NCBI GenBank assembly: GCA_045807245.1
Contig: JBJMHS010000069.1
Location: 1-50,020 of the forward strand
From: Actinomycetales bacterium
GTDB taxonomy: Bacteria; Actinomycetota; Actinomycetes; Actinomycetales; CAVURS01
Length of the DNA stretch: 50,020 nt
Direction: 5' to 3'
A program made the translations under genes and the position numbers. Shown here one piece after another: positions 26,404-35,044 of this stretch. Position 1 is the stretch's first letter; every line of letters begins with the position of its first letter. Below the pieces are notes generated by a model, which searched no databases, was not told where the DNA came from, and saw nothing but the letters and a program-made list of their open reading frames with translations.

Positions 26404-28014
26404 CTAGACCGGCGGGACGCCGTGCCTGCGGTCGCTGAACCGCCGCTCGCGGGCCACCGAGTAGCGCAGGCGCAGGATCAGCTCCGCCCGCAGCGCCTCG
26501 GGCTCGACGATGCCGTCCAGGACGAGGTCGGACGCCAGGCGCTCGAGGTCCACGTCCTCCTCGTACTCGCGGCGTCGCTCGTCGACGTACGCCGCCCGTT
26601 CGCCCGCATCGGCGATGGCCTCGATCTTGTTGGCGTACACCGCGTTCACCGCGGCCTCAGGCCCCATGACCGCGATCCGCGCGGTGGGCAGCGCCAGACA
26701 GGCGTCCGGCCCGAAACCCGGCCCGGCCATGGCGTACAGCCCCGCGCCGTACGCCTTGCGGACGATGACCGAGACCTGCGGCACGGTGGCCTCGGACACG
26801 GCCGTGATCATCTTGGCGCCGTGCCGGATGATGCCGCCCCGCTCGACCTCTGACCCGATCATGAAGCCCGGCACGTCGGCCAGGTAGAGCAGCGGGATGT
26901 TGAACGCGTCGCACCACCAGATGAACCGGGCCGCCTTGTCGGCGCTGTCCGAGAACAGGACGCCGCCCCTCACGGCCGAGTTGTTGGCGACGACGCCGAC
27001 CACCTCGCCGTCGAGCCGGGCCAGCCCGGTGACGAGCTCGGCCGCGAACAGCGGCTTGATCTCGAAGAACGACGCCTCGTCGACCAGGCCGTCGATCACC
27101 TCGTGGACGTCGAACGGCTGGCTCTCGACCTCGGGTACGACGCTCGCGTCCAGCTCGCGCGCCGGCGGCTCCCCCGGGTACGACGGGGGCTGCTCGCGCC
27201 AACAGGTCGGCAGGTAAGAGAAGACCAGCCGGGCCTGCTCGATGGCATCCGCGTCGTCCACCGCGAGCAGGTCTCCGCATCCGGAGACGGTGCAGTGCAT
27301 GCGGGCACCACCCATCTCCTCGAGAGACACTTTCTCTCCGACAACCATTTCGGCCATGCGGGGCGAGCCGAGGTACATCGAGGCGTTCCGCTCGACCATG
27401 ATCACGACGTCGGTGAACGCCGGGATATAGGCACCGCCGGCCGCGGACGGCCCGAACAGGCAACAGATCTGCGGCACCTTGCCGGACAGCGCCACCTGGT
27501 TGTGGAAGATCCGGCCGGCACCCCGGCGCCCGGGGAAGAGGTCGACCTGGTCGGTGATCCGAGCGCCCGCCGAGTCGATGAGCCAGAAGACGGGCAGCTC
27601 CTCGCGCAGCGCCGTCTCGGTCGCGCGGACGATCTTCTCCACTGTGCGGGCCCCCCACGACCCGGCCTTGACCGTCGGGTCGTTCGCGACCACGACGACC
27701 GGCCGTCCGTCGACCAGGCCGCGCCCTGTCACCACGCCGTCGGCCGGCAGGCCGGTGGCTAACGCGTTCGCGTACCGTCCATCCTCGACGAAGGTCCCGG
27801 CGTCGACGAGCAGCGAGATGCGCTCTCGCACATACATCTTGTTGGCCTTGGCCAGCCGCGCGGAGCCCGCGTCGGTGGGCCCGGCCGTGGCGTCGTACGC
27901 CGCGCGGAGCCGCGCGCGCACGTCAGCGACCCGAGGGTCGGTGCCGTCGGCGCCCGCGTTCCGCGGGTCGGTGCTGTCGGCGCCCGCGTTCCGCAGGTCG
28001 GAGGTCTCCGTCAC
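26404..28014 (-). CDS. Acyl-CoA carboxylase beta subunit, YngE-type (likely methylcrotonyl-CoA carboxylase)
   Basis: KAGSWGARTVEKI, DSAGARITDQVDLFPGRRGAGRIF, DVPGFMIG, RKAYGAGLYAM; GTGA overlap with the ACAD gene. Confidence 0.9.
   Translation of the reverse strand: MTETSDLRNAGADSTDPRNAGADGTDPRVADVRARLRAAYDATAGPTDAGSARLAKANKMYVRERISLLVDAGTFVEDGRYANALATGLPADGVVTGRGLVDGRPVVVVANDPTVKAGSWGARTVEKIVRATETALREELPVFWLIDSAGARITDQVDLFPGRRGAGRIFHNQVALSGKVPQICCLFGPSAAGGAYIPAFTDVVIMVERNASMYLGSPRMAEMVVGEKVSLEEMGGARMHCTVSGCGDLLAVDDADAIEQARLVFSYLPTCWREQPPSYPGEPPARELDASVVPEVESQPFDVHEVIDGLVDEASFFEIKPLFAAELVTGLARLDGEVVGVVANNSAVRGGVLFSDSADKAARFIWWCDAFNIPLLYLADVPGFMIGSEVERGGIIRHGAKMITAVSEATVPQVSVIVRKAYGAGLYAMAGPGFGPDACLALPTARIAVMGPEAAVNAVYANKIEAIADAGERAAYVDERRREYEEDVDLERLASDLVLDGIVEPEALRAELILRLRYSVARERRFSDRRHGVPPV
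27931..28001. repeat. 30-bp tandem repeat (~2.4 copies) in the 5' end of the carboxyltransferase gene
   Basis: CCG(A/C)GGGTCGGTGC(C/T)GTCGGCGCCCGCGTT repeated; encodes DLRNAGADSTDPRNAGADGTDPR. Confidence 0.85.
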
Positions 28015-29228
28015 TGAAGCAGCCCGAGACCGCGGGCGATGACCATGCGCTGCACCTCGCTGGTGCCCTCGCCGATCTCCAGGATCTTGGCGTCGCGGTA
28101 GAAGCGCGCCACCGGGTACTCCTCCATGAAGCCGTTGCCGCCGAAGATCTGCGTGGCGACCCGGGTCGCAGTGACAGCAGCCTCGCTGGCGTGCAGCTTC
28201 GCGATCGCGGCGGCCGCCTTGACCTCGCCCAGGCCTCGGCGTCCGGCCGAGTGCTCGTCGCGCAGCCAGGCCGCCTTGTAGGTCAGCAGCCGTGCCGCCT
28301 CGACGGCCACCGCCAGGTCGGACACCTGGAACGCGATGCCCTGGTTCGACCCGATCGCCCGGCCGAAGGCAAGCCGGGTCCTGGCGTAGTCGGCCGACAT
28401 CTCCAGACAGGCCTGGGCCAGCCCGACGGCGAGCGCCGAGATGGCGATCCGGCCGTCGTCCAGCGTCTTCAGGAACTGCCGGAAACCGTCGCCCCGACGC
28501 CCGAGCAGGTTCCCCTCCGGCACCCGGCACCCGGCGAAGGACAGGCCGTGGGTGTCCGAGGCGTGCCAGCCGAGCTTGTCGTAAGCCGGCTCGACCGTGA
28601 ACCCAGCGGTGCCGTTGGGGACCAGGATCGCGCTGATCTCCGGCCGGCCGTCGGCGCTCTCGCCGGTGCGGGCCGTCACGGTGACGACCGACGTGATGTC
28701 CGTGCCGGAGTTGGTGATGAACGCCTTGGCGCCGTCGACGACCCACTCGGCGTCGGCGCCCGAACCCTCGAGCCGGGCCCGGGTCCGGGTCGCTCCCGCG
28801 TCCGAGCCACCGTCGGGCTCGGTCAGCCCGAACGCCGCGAGGGCGCGGCCGGCGACCAGGTCGGGCAGCCAGCGCTGCTTCTGCTCCGCGGTGCCGTAGG
28901 ACAGGATCGGGTTGATGCCGAGGCCCACCCCCGCCGACAGGGTGATGCCGACGCTCTGGTCGACCCGGCCGAGCTCCTCGATCGCCACACACAGGGACGT
29001 GAAGGCGCCGCCGTCACCACCCGAGCCGGCCGCGCTCTCCAGGCTTCCGCCGTACTGCTCGGGCACCACGAGGCCGAACAGGCCGAGCTGACCCATCCGC
29101 GGGACGAGCTCGACCGGGAAGCGGTGCTCGCGGTCCCACTGCGCCGCATGCGGCGCGACGTGGTCCTGGGCGAACTCCCGGACGACGGCCCGGAAGTCCT
29201 CGTGGTCCTTGCTCAGCTCGAACGCCAT
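28011..29228 (-). CDS. Acyl-CoA dehydrogenase (isovaleryl/short-branched-chain type)
   Basis: FGLTEPDGGSDAG, GAKAFITNSG, YDKLGWHASDT, QIFGGNGF, ILEIGEGTSEVQR. Confidence 0.95.
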   Translation of the reverse strand: MAFELSKDHEDFRAVVREFAQDHVAPHAAQWDREHRFPVELVPRMGQLGLFGLVVPEQYGGSLESAAGSGGDGGAFTSLCVAIEELGRVDQSVGITLSAGVGLGINPILSYGTAEQKQRWLPDLVAGRALAAFGLTEPDGGSDAGATRTRARLEGSGADAEWVVDGAKAFITNSGTDITSVVTVTARTGESADGRPEISAILVPNGTAGFTVEPAYDKLGWHASDTHGLSFAGCRVPEGNLLGRRGDGFRQFLKTLDDGRIAISALAVGLAQACLEMSADYARTRLAFGRAIGSNQGIAFQVSDLAVAVEAARLLTYKAAWLRDEHSAGRRGLGEVKAAAAIAKLHASEAAVTATRVATQIFGGNGFMEEYPVARFYRDAKILEIGEGTSEVQRMVIARGLGLLQ

Positions 29229-29258
29229 GGTGCCTTCCCAGCGTGTGCGTGCTCGTGC

Positions 29259-29280
29259 TTGACGTTTACGTCAACGTAAA
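29259..29280. promoter_or_regulatory. Two overlapping LiuR-type palindromic operators
   Basis: TTGACGT-TT-ACGTCAA (29259-29274) and TTTACGT-CA-ACGTAAA (29265-29280); they overlap a TTGACG-17nt-CACGAT promoter. Confidence 0.8.
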
Positions 29281-29285
29281 GCACG

Positions 29286-29684
29286 ATGCCGCCTGTGGCA
29301 AGGGACTCCGGCGAGCTGACCATCGCCCAGGTGGCCGAGGAGTACGGCGTCACCCACCGCACGGTCCGGTTCTACGAGGACCGCGGCCTGATCACTCCCG
29401 AGCGACGCGGCACGCGCCGCGTCTACCACCCGCGCGACCGGGTCCGGCTCGGCTTGGTCCTGCGCGGCAAGCGGCTGGGCTTCTCGCTGGAGGAGATCAC
29501 CCGGATCATCGACATGTACGACGAGCAGCCGGGCGAGATCGGCCAGCTGCACTACCTGCTGGGCCAGATCGAGGACCGCCGGGCCGACCTGGAGCAGCGC
29601 CGCCGCGACGTGCTGGCCGCCCTCGAGGAGCTGGACGACCTCGAGCGCCGCTGCCGCGAGGACCTGGAACGACTGAGCGGCTGA
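29286..29684 (+). CDS. MerR-family transcriptional regulator (LiuR-like)
   Basis: LTIAQVAEEYGVTHRTVRFYEDRGLITPER, RDRVRLGLVLRGKRLGFSLEEI; true start may be GTG 29295. Confidence 0.92.
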   Translation: MPPVARDSGELTIAQVAEEYGVTHRTVRFYEDRGLITPERRGTRRVYHPRDRVRLGLVLRGKRLGFSLEEITRIIDMYDEQPGEIGQLHYLLGQIEDRRADLEQRRRDVLAALEELDDLERRCREDLERLSG

Positions 29685-29707
29685 GCCCCAAGGCTCAGCC
29701 GCTCAGT
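29672..29707. terminator. Perfect 16-bp stem hairpin between convergent genes
   Basis: ACTGAGCGGCTGAGCC-CCAA-GGCTCAGCCGCTCAGT. Confidence 0.7.
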
Positions 29708-29726
29708 GCACGTTGTCGCCGGACGC

Positions 29727-30296
29727 TCAGCCGCTGAAGTCGAGGACCGAGTACCAGACCGTCGAGCCCGAGTGGGCCGCACCGACGCCGATGTACCGCA
29801 GATGCGTGCTGAGGATGTTGGCGCGGTGCGACGCCGATCCCATCCACAGCTTGACCATGCTGGCCGCGCTGACGGCGCCGGCGCCGATGTCCTCGGCCGC
29901 GACGGATGCGTGGCAGCCGGTGAGCATCTTGCTCATCGACTGGTGCACCAGCGTGTGGTGGATGGCCAGATAGATCGCCCAGGGCTGGGCGTAGGTGTCG
30001 TTCAGGCAGCTGCTCAGCCGCAGGGCGGGCAGTCCGCGCTTGGTGCGCTCGGCGTTCACCCCGGCCAGCAGCTGGGCGCGGTACGTCGTCGAGCTGACCA
30101 TCGTGGTGGTGGTCGCGCGAGCGTGCCCGGCCGGCAGCACCAGGACGGTCGTCAGCACCATCGTGAGGGCCAGGGCGGCGCAGGCCACGAAGGCGACCAC
30201 CGAGCGGCGCAGCGGGCGGGCGAAGGACAGGAGGGCAGCCGTGGAGGGACGGCGGGAGATCAGCACGTCAACGAAGGTGGCAGTAACTAAGCGCAT
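29727..30296 (-). CDS. Secreted CAP (SCP-like) domain protein 1
   Basis: Signal-like N-terminus ending AHA/ARA; VNAERTKRGLPAL, AEDIG, WMGSASHRANIL, IGVG. Confidence 0.88.
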   Translation of the reverse strand: MRLVTATFVDVLISRRPSTAALLSFARPLRRSVVAFVACAALALTMVLTTVLVLPAGHARATTTTMVSSTTYRAQLLAGVNAERTKRGLPALRLSSCLNDTYAQPWAIYLAIHHTLVHQSMSKMLTGCHASVAAEDIGAGAVSAASMVKLWMGSASHRANILSTHLRYIGVGAAHSGSTVWYSVLDFSG

Positions 30297-30313
30297 GCGG
30301 AAGACCTCGGAGC

Positions 30314-30336
30314 GTCATCGTTATCGTTTCGTGATC
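30314..30336 (-). promoter_or_regulatory. Conserved motif upstream of CAP gene 1 (11-bp-spaced direct repeat, MtrA/GlnR-like)
   Basis: Minus GATCACGAAACGATAACGATGAC; 20/23 identical to 31155-31177. Confidence 0.6.
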
Positions 30337-30479
30337 AAAACCAGGGCTGACAGTCCCTCAAAGACGCGCGCAGACCGGACCCGGTGCGATATACGCACCA
30401 CTTCGTGCGGCAACGGTAACGAACCGGCATCTCTCCCATAGGTCACACGCGCCACCGGGGCTGGGATGTCGGTGGACGA

Positions 30480-30546
30480 GCCCTGACACCAAAGAACTAG
30501 GCCCCGGCCGACGCGATGTCGGACCGGGGCTCGTTCGGGTCAGGGC
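30480..30546 (-). terminator. Long imperfect hairpin after CAP gene 2
   Basis: Nested arms GCCCTGAC/GTCAGGGC, GAAC/GTTC, GCCCCGG/CCGGGGC, CCGAC/GTCGG; the core stem is followed by a U-rich tract on the minus strand. Confidence 0.6.
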
Positions 30547-30566
30547 GTGAGCGCGCCGAGTCCGGC

Positions 30567-31106
30567 TCAGCCGGAGAAGTCCTGGACGACGTACCAGACG
30601 CCGCCCGCGCGCACCGCGCCCACCGCGACGTGCCTGAACGAGGAGCTGAGCAGGTTGGCCCTGTGCTCGGGCGAGTTCATCCACATCGTCACGACGTTGG
30701 CCGCGGTCACATTGCCCATCGCGATGTTCTCGCCGGCCGAGGAGGCGCTGCACCTGGTCAGGAACGGGCCCAGGGACTGGTGCGTGAAGGTGCCCGTGGC
30801 GGCCAGGTGGCTGGCCCAGTTGGTGGCCAACGTCTGTAGGCAGCTGGTGACCGTGAGGGCCGCCAGGCCGTGAGCCCGACGTTGCGCGTTCGTCGCGGTC
30901 ACCACGTCGGCCTGGTACTGCTGTGCCGTGGACAGTGGTGCAACCGTCAGGATCGGTGCGTGGGTGGTGGCGGTCCAGGTCTTGGTGGTGGGTGTGGTGG
31001 AGGCCTGCGCGGGTGCGGCCGCGAGCCCGGCACACGCGAGAACGCCGACGGCAGCCGCTGCGGCGAGATGGCGCAGTCGGATCACCGCACGTTCTGTAGT
31101 CAACAT
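30567..31106 (-). CDS. Secreted CAP (SCP-like) domain protein 2
   Basis: Signal peptide ending AQA; TNAQRRAHGLAAL, GENIA, WMNSPEHRANLL, YVVQDFSG. Confidence 0.9.
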   Translation of the reverse strand: MLTTERAVIRLRHLAAAAAVGVLACAGLAAAPAQASTTPTTKTWTATTHAPILTVAPLSTAQQYQADVVTATNAQRRAHGLAALTVTSCLQTLATNWASHLAATGTFTHQSLGPFLTRCSASSAGENIAMGNVTAANVVTMWMNSPEHRANLLSSSFRHVAVGAVRAGGVWYVVQDFSG

Positions 31107-31154
31107 GACTCGGAGCGTGACAGGTCACGGTTTGGAGACGCCAGAGTCCGACTA

Positions 31155-31177
31155 GTCATCGTTATCACTCCGTGATC
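31155..31177 (-). promoter_or_regulatory. Conserved motif upstream of CAP gene 2
   Basis: Minus GATCACGGAGTGATAACGATGAC; 20/23 identical to 30314-30336. Confidence 0.6.
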
Positions 31178-31328
31178 TTCGTCCGGCGTGTCATACCGGC
31201 TGAATAGCCCGATCGGGTGACGGCCCGTGCTCGGCGTCACCCATTCGGCCGCGAGCCATCGGTGGGACGCAGTGACTACGTGGCGGCGCTAGGCTCCCTG
31301 CGTTGTCCAAGCAGGCGAAGGAGCACGC

Positions 31329-33116
31329 GTGGGTAGGCGCAGCAACCGGATCATCTCCAAGGTCCTGATCGCGAACCGCGGCGAGATCGCCGTACGGATC
31401 GCGCGCGCCTGCCGGGACGCCGGCATCGCCTCGGTCGCGGTGTACGCCGAGCCGGACCGCGACGCCCTGCACGTCACGGTCGCCGACGAGGCGTACGCCC
31501 TCGGTGGCAGCACCCCGGCCGACTCCTACCTCGTGCAGTCGGCGCTGCTCGACGTCGCCGCCCGAAGCGGCGCCGACGCGGTCCATCCGGGCTACGGGTT
31601 CCTGGCCGAGAACGCGTCATTCGCCCAGGCGGTGCTCGACGCGGGCCTGATCTGGATCGGGCCCTCCCCCGAGGCGATCGACGCGCTCGGGGACAAGGTC
31701 AAGGCGCGGCACATTGCCGAGCGGGCCGGCGCGCCCCTGGTTCCGGGCACCGCGGACCCGGTCGGCGGTGCGGACGAGGTGGTCGCGTTCGCCGAGGAGC
31801 ACGGCCTTCCGGTCGCGATCAAGGCGGCGTACGGCGGCGGCGGGCGCGGCCTGAAGGTCGCGCGCACCCTGGAGGAGATCCCGGAGCTCTTCGACTCCGC
31901 GACCCGCGAGGCCGTCGCAGCGTTCGGCCGGGGCGAGTGCTTCGTCGAGCGGTACCTGGACAAACCGCGCCACGTCGAGACCCAGTGCCTGGCGGACACC
32001 CACGGCAACGTCGTGGTCGTGTCCACCCGTGACTGCTCGCTGCAGCGCCGGCACCAGAAGCTGGTCGAGGAGGCGCCCGCGCCGTACCTGTCGGAGGAGC
32101 AGGTGACCCAGCTCTACTCGGCCTCCAAGGCCATCCTGCGTGAGGCCGGCTACACCGGCGCCGGCACCTGCGAGTTCCTGGTCGGGCCGGACGGCACCAT
32201 CTCCTTCCTCGAGGTCAACACCCGCCTGCAGGTGGAGCACCCGGTCTCCGAGGAGGTCACCGGCCTCGACCTCGTGCGGGAGCAGCTGCGGATCGCGGCC
32301 GGCGAGGAGCTCGGGTACGACGACCCGGCCATCCGCGGGCACTCGTTCGAGTTCCGGATCAACGGTGAGGACGCGGGACGGAACTTCCTGCCCCAGCCGG
32401 GCACCGTCGCCGTCTTCGCCCCGCCGTCAGGCCCAGGCGTCCGGGTGGACTCGGGCGTCGTCTCGGGCGACGTCATCGGGGGCGCCTTCGACTCCATGCT
32501 GGCCAAGCTCATCGTCACCGGCGCCGATCGCACGCAGGCGCTCGAGCGGTCGCGACGGGCCCTGCACGAGTTCGTCGTCGAGGGAATGCCCACCGTGCTG
32601 CCGTTCCACCGGGCGGTCGTGGCCGACGAGGCGTTCGCGACCGACGACAGCACGCCGTTCCGCGTGCACACCCGCTGGATCGAGACGGAGTGGGACAACA
32701 CGGTGGCGCCGTTCGACGCGGCGACGGCCGCCGCGGCGCCCGAGCCCACCGAACGCGAGCGGGTCGTGGTGGAGGTCGGCGGCAAGCGGCTCGAGGTGGT
32801 CCTGCCGGCCGGGCTGGGTGTCGGTGGCGGCGGGTCGGCGCAGCGGGCCAAGGCTCCCCGGCGTACGTCGTCCGCCGCCGCGGCGTCGGGCGCCGGCGGT
32901 GACGCTCTCACCGCACCCATGCAGGGCACCATCGTCAAGATCGCGGTCGAGGACGGCCAGCAGGTCGAGGCCGGCGAGCTGGTCATCGTGCTCGAGGCCA
33001 TGAAGATGGAGCAGCCGATCAACGCCCACAAGTCCGGGACCGTCAGCGGCCTCACGGCGCAGGTCGGGGAGACGGTGACCAACGGCGCGGTGCTGCTGAA
33101 GATCCAGGACGTATGA
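31329..33116 (+). CDS. bccA: Acyl-CoA carboxylase alpha subunit (biotin carboxylase + BCCP; AccA2/AccA3 type)
   Basis: [46 protein letters not shown], biotinyl motif EAMKM; AAGGAG RBS. Confidence 0.97.
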   Translation: MGRRSNRIISKVLIANRGEIAVRIARACRDAGIASVAVYAEPDRDALHVTVADEAYALGGSTPADSYLVQSALLDVAARSGADAVHPGYGFLAENASFAQAVLDAGLIWIGPSPEAIDALGDKVKARHIAERAGAPLVPGTADPVGGADEVVAFAEEHGLPVAIKAAYGGGGRGLKVARTLEEIPELFDSATREAVAAFGRGECFVERYLDKPRHVETQCLADTHGNVVVVSTRDCSLQRRHQKLVEEAPAPYLSEEQVTQLYSASKAILREAGYTGAGTCEFLVGPDGTISFLEVNTRLQVEHPVSEEVTGLDLVREQLRIAAGEELGYDDPAIRGHSFEFRINGEDAGRNFLPQPGTVAVFAPPSGPGVRVDSGVVSGDVIGGAFDSMLAKLIVTGADRTQALERSRRALHEFVVEGMPTVLPFHRAVVADEAFATDDSTPFRVHTRWIETEWDNTVAPFDAATAAAAPEPTERERVVVEVGGKRLEVVLPAGLGVGGGGSAQRAKAPRRTSSAAAASGAGGDALTAPMQGTIVKIAVEDGQQVEAGELVIVLEAMKMEQPINAHKSGTVSGLTAQVGETVTNGAVLLKIQDV

Positions 33117-35044
33117 CCGGCGCGCCATCAGCGGCGCGCACTCGCGAGGCGCTGGCGGCGTGGCTCCGGCGCGGTGCCGTGGGGTGGGTCGCCCTCCTCA
33201 CCTGGGCGGTGTGCCTGCTCGTCGGCGTGCTGACGGTGCGGGGTCTGGACGAGAACCCGCTGACCAGCCACGGGGTCGTCCTCCCGCTGGCCATCGGCGT
33301 GCCGGTGGGCATGGTCGTGTTCGCCGTCGCGGCACGCGTCGACGCGGCCTGGCTGGTCGGCGTGGCCTGTGGCGCCTATGCCGCGTGGGCCGGTACGACG
33401 ATCGCCGCGGCACTGGTGGGTACGCCGTACGGGTACGGCGTCATCGGCGGGGACGCCGGCCGGATGTCGGCGCTGGTCATGCACTTCTCGACCACCTGGC
33501 ACCCCGGCGACGCCGCCGACCCCTCGCTCGCACCGGAGTACCCCCCGCTGTACGCCATGCTGATCGGCCGCGTCGCGGCGTGGACCGGGCGGGAGGGCTG
33601 GACCCTGCTGCAGCCGGCCCAGGTCGTCGTGACCAGCTTTGCCGTCGTCGCGGGCTTCCTGCTGTGGCGGCGGCTGGTCGGTGACGTCGCCGCCTTCCTG
33701 ATCACCACGACGGTCTTCGTCTGCCTGTCAGAGCCCAGCAAGGGCAACGAGATCCTGTCGCTGTCGGTGTACCTGCCCTGGCTGCTGGGGACGTTCGCGG
33801 CGGTTCGTCGTGGGGCGGCCCGGGACGGCCCGACGCCGTTGCACCCGGTCCTGAGCGGCGTGCTCATCGGGCTGGTCGTCCCGTGGGCGCCGCAGGTGCT
33901 CTTCCTGTCGTTGCTCGGCGTGGCAGCGGTCGCGGCGTACACCTGGCGGTCAGTGGAGCCCGCGGAGCGAAGACCACTGCTGCTGCAGTGGGGCCTGACG
34001 GTGCTGCTCGCGCTGGTCGTGGCGTCCTGGTTCGTCGTCCCACTCGCCCAGGCCTACCTGTCCGGCCGGGTCGAGGTCGTCGCGGACCTCTGGCTCGGCT
34101 CACCGCTCGTCGCCGAGCCGTTCACGATCGTGTCGCCGCACCGGCTCGTCTTCACGGTGCTGCAGGTCGCCGGGCTGTTCGGCATCGCCGCGCAGCTGCG
34201 GCGGACCTGGTGGGCGGCGCCGCTCGGGCTGTACCTCGCCGGCGTCCTGGTCGAGCGCGCACTCATGCTGATCCGGTTCACCAGCAGCGGCCACGCGTTC
34301 ATGCTCTACTACGTCGGCGCGTCGCTGACCTACGCCCTCAACGCTGCCGGAGTCCTCACTCTCCTGCAGGCCTGGCGGTGGGCGCGCCCCTGGCTGGCGG
34401 CCCGGGCGGTGTCCGTCCGCCTGCTCGGGCTGACCGTCGCGACGGTTCTCGTGGCGACGGCGGGCTACTCGGCGTACACGTTGTGGGCGCCGGCTCCCCG
34501 TGGGGTCGTCGACAACGTGACCAACCCGGTCACCGCCTACAACACCGCGATGCTCGCCCACGCAGAACGCCTGCCGAGCGGGCGAACCGTGAAGTACCCG
34601 GCACCGAGCTCGCCGCCGGGCTTCCCGACCGACCGGGTCATCGACTTCGTCCGCTCGTCGCTGGGTTCGTCGGGCCGAGGTGCGAATCCGGTTGTGCTGA
34701 GCGGGAACCAGGCGATCTATGCCTTCACCGGCTGGCGCAACTGGCTCATGCCGCAGCGTGTCGCGGCCAGCGGGTTGACTCGCTGGGACTACCGGCACGG
34801 CCTCCTCCAACGGCTGGCCCGGACGTCCGACCCGGCGGGCATGGCCGACGGGCTGGCCCATCTGCAGTTCGGCCCGGTCGACGTCCTCGTGCTGCGCGTG
34901 ACGCCTCCCGGCTCGACCGCCACGGCCGGTGGGCGCTGGAACTTCGTCGACGTCGGGTTCGACCCGGCGGCCTTCTCCGGCCCGCAGTTCCACGTGTCGC
35001 CCGAGCTGGACGGGTACGTCGTCGTGGTCCGGGTGGCCGGATGA
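33113..35044 (+). CDS. AftA-like GT-C membrane glycosyltransferase
   Basis: Multi-[19 protein letters not shown]...[19 protein letters not shown]...W..LQP resembles the AftA N-terminal region; C-terminal DVLVLR...[11 protein letters not shown]...YVVVVR resembles the AftA C-terminus. Confidence 0.75.
   Translation: MTGAPSAARTREALAAWLRRGAVGWVALLTWAVCLLVGVLTVRGLDENPLTSHGVVLPLAIGVPVGMVVFAVAARVDAAWLVGVACGAYAAWAGTTIAAALVGTPYGYGVIGGDAGRMSALVMHFSTTWHPGDAADPSLAPEYPPLYAMLIGRVAAWTGREGWTLLQPAQVVVTSFAVVAGFLLWRRLVGDVAAFLITTTVFVCLSEPSKGNEILSLSVYLPWLLGTFAAVRRGAARDGPTPLHPVLSGVLIGLVVPWAPQVLFLSLLGVAAVAAYTWRSVEPAERRPLLLQWGLTVLLALVVASWFVVPLAQAYLSGRVEVVADLWLGSPLVAEPFTIVSPHRLVFTVLQVAGLFGIAAQLRRTWWAAPLGLYLAGVLVERALMLIRFTSSGHAFMLYYVGASLTYALNAAGVLTLLQAWRWARPWLAARAVSVRLLGLTVATVLVATAGYSAYTLWAPAPRGVVDNVTNPVTAYNTAMLAHAERLPSGRTVKYPAPSSPPGFPTDRVIDFVRSSLGSSGRGANPVVLSGNQAIYAFTGWRNWLMPQRVAASGLTRWDYRHGLLQRLARTSDPAGMADGLAHLQFGPVDVLVLRVTPPGSTATAGGRWNFVDVGFDPAAFSGPQFHVSPELDGYVVVVRVAG

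Noticed and set aside
26404..28992. Apparent 862-aa carboxyltransferase fusion
   Set aside because: The part above 28014 is an off-frame overlap with the ACAD gene; the real start is the GTG overlapping the ACAD stop.
30383..30399. GGTGCG-ATATA-CGCACC palindrome as a CRP/GlxR site
   Set aside because: GTG to CAC spacing is 9 nt rather than the 8 nt of TGTGA-N6-TCACA; it may be another operator or chance.
30297..31328. c-di-AMP (ydaO) riboswitch upstream of the CAP genes
   Set aside because: Only isolated GCCGAAT and CCCGAAC fragments are seen; the ordered conserved blocks of the riboswitch are absent. An Rfam scan would settle it.
33883..35040. N-terminal extension making the GT2-methyltransferase 910 aa
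   Set aside because: Off-frame overlap with the AftA-like gene; ATG 35041 overlaps its stop.
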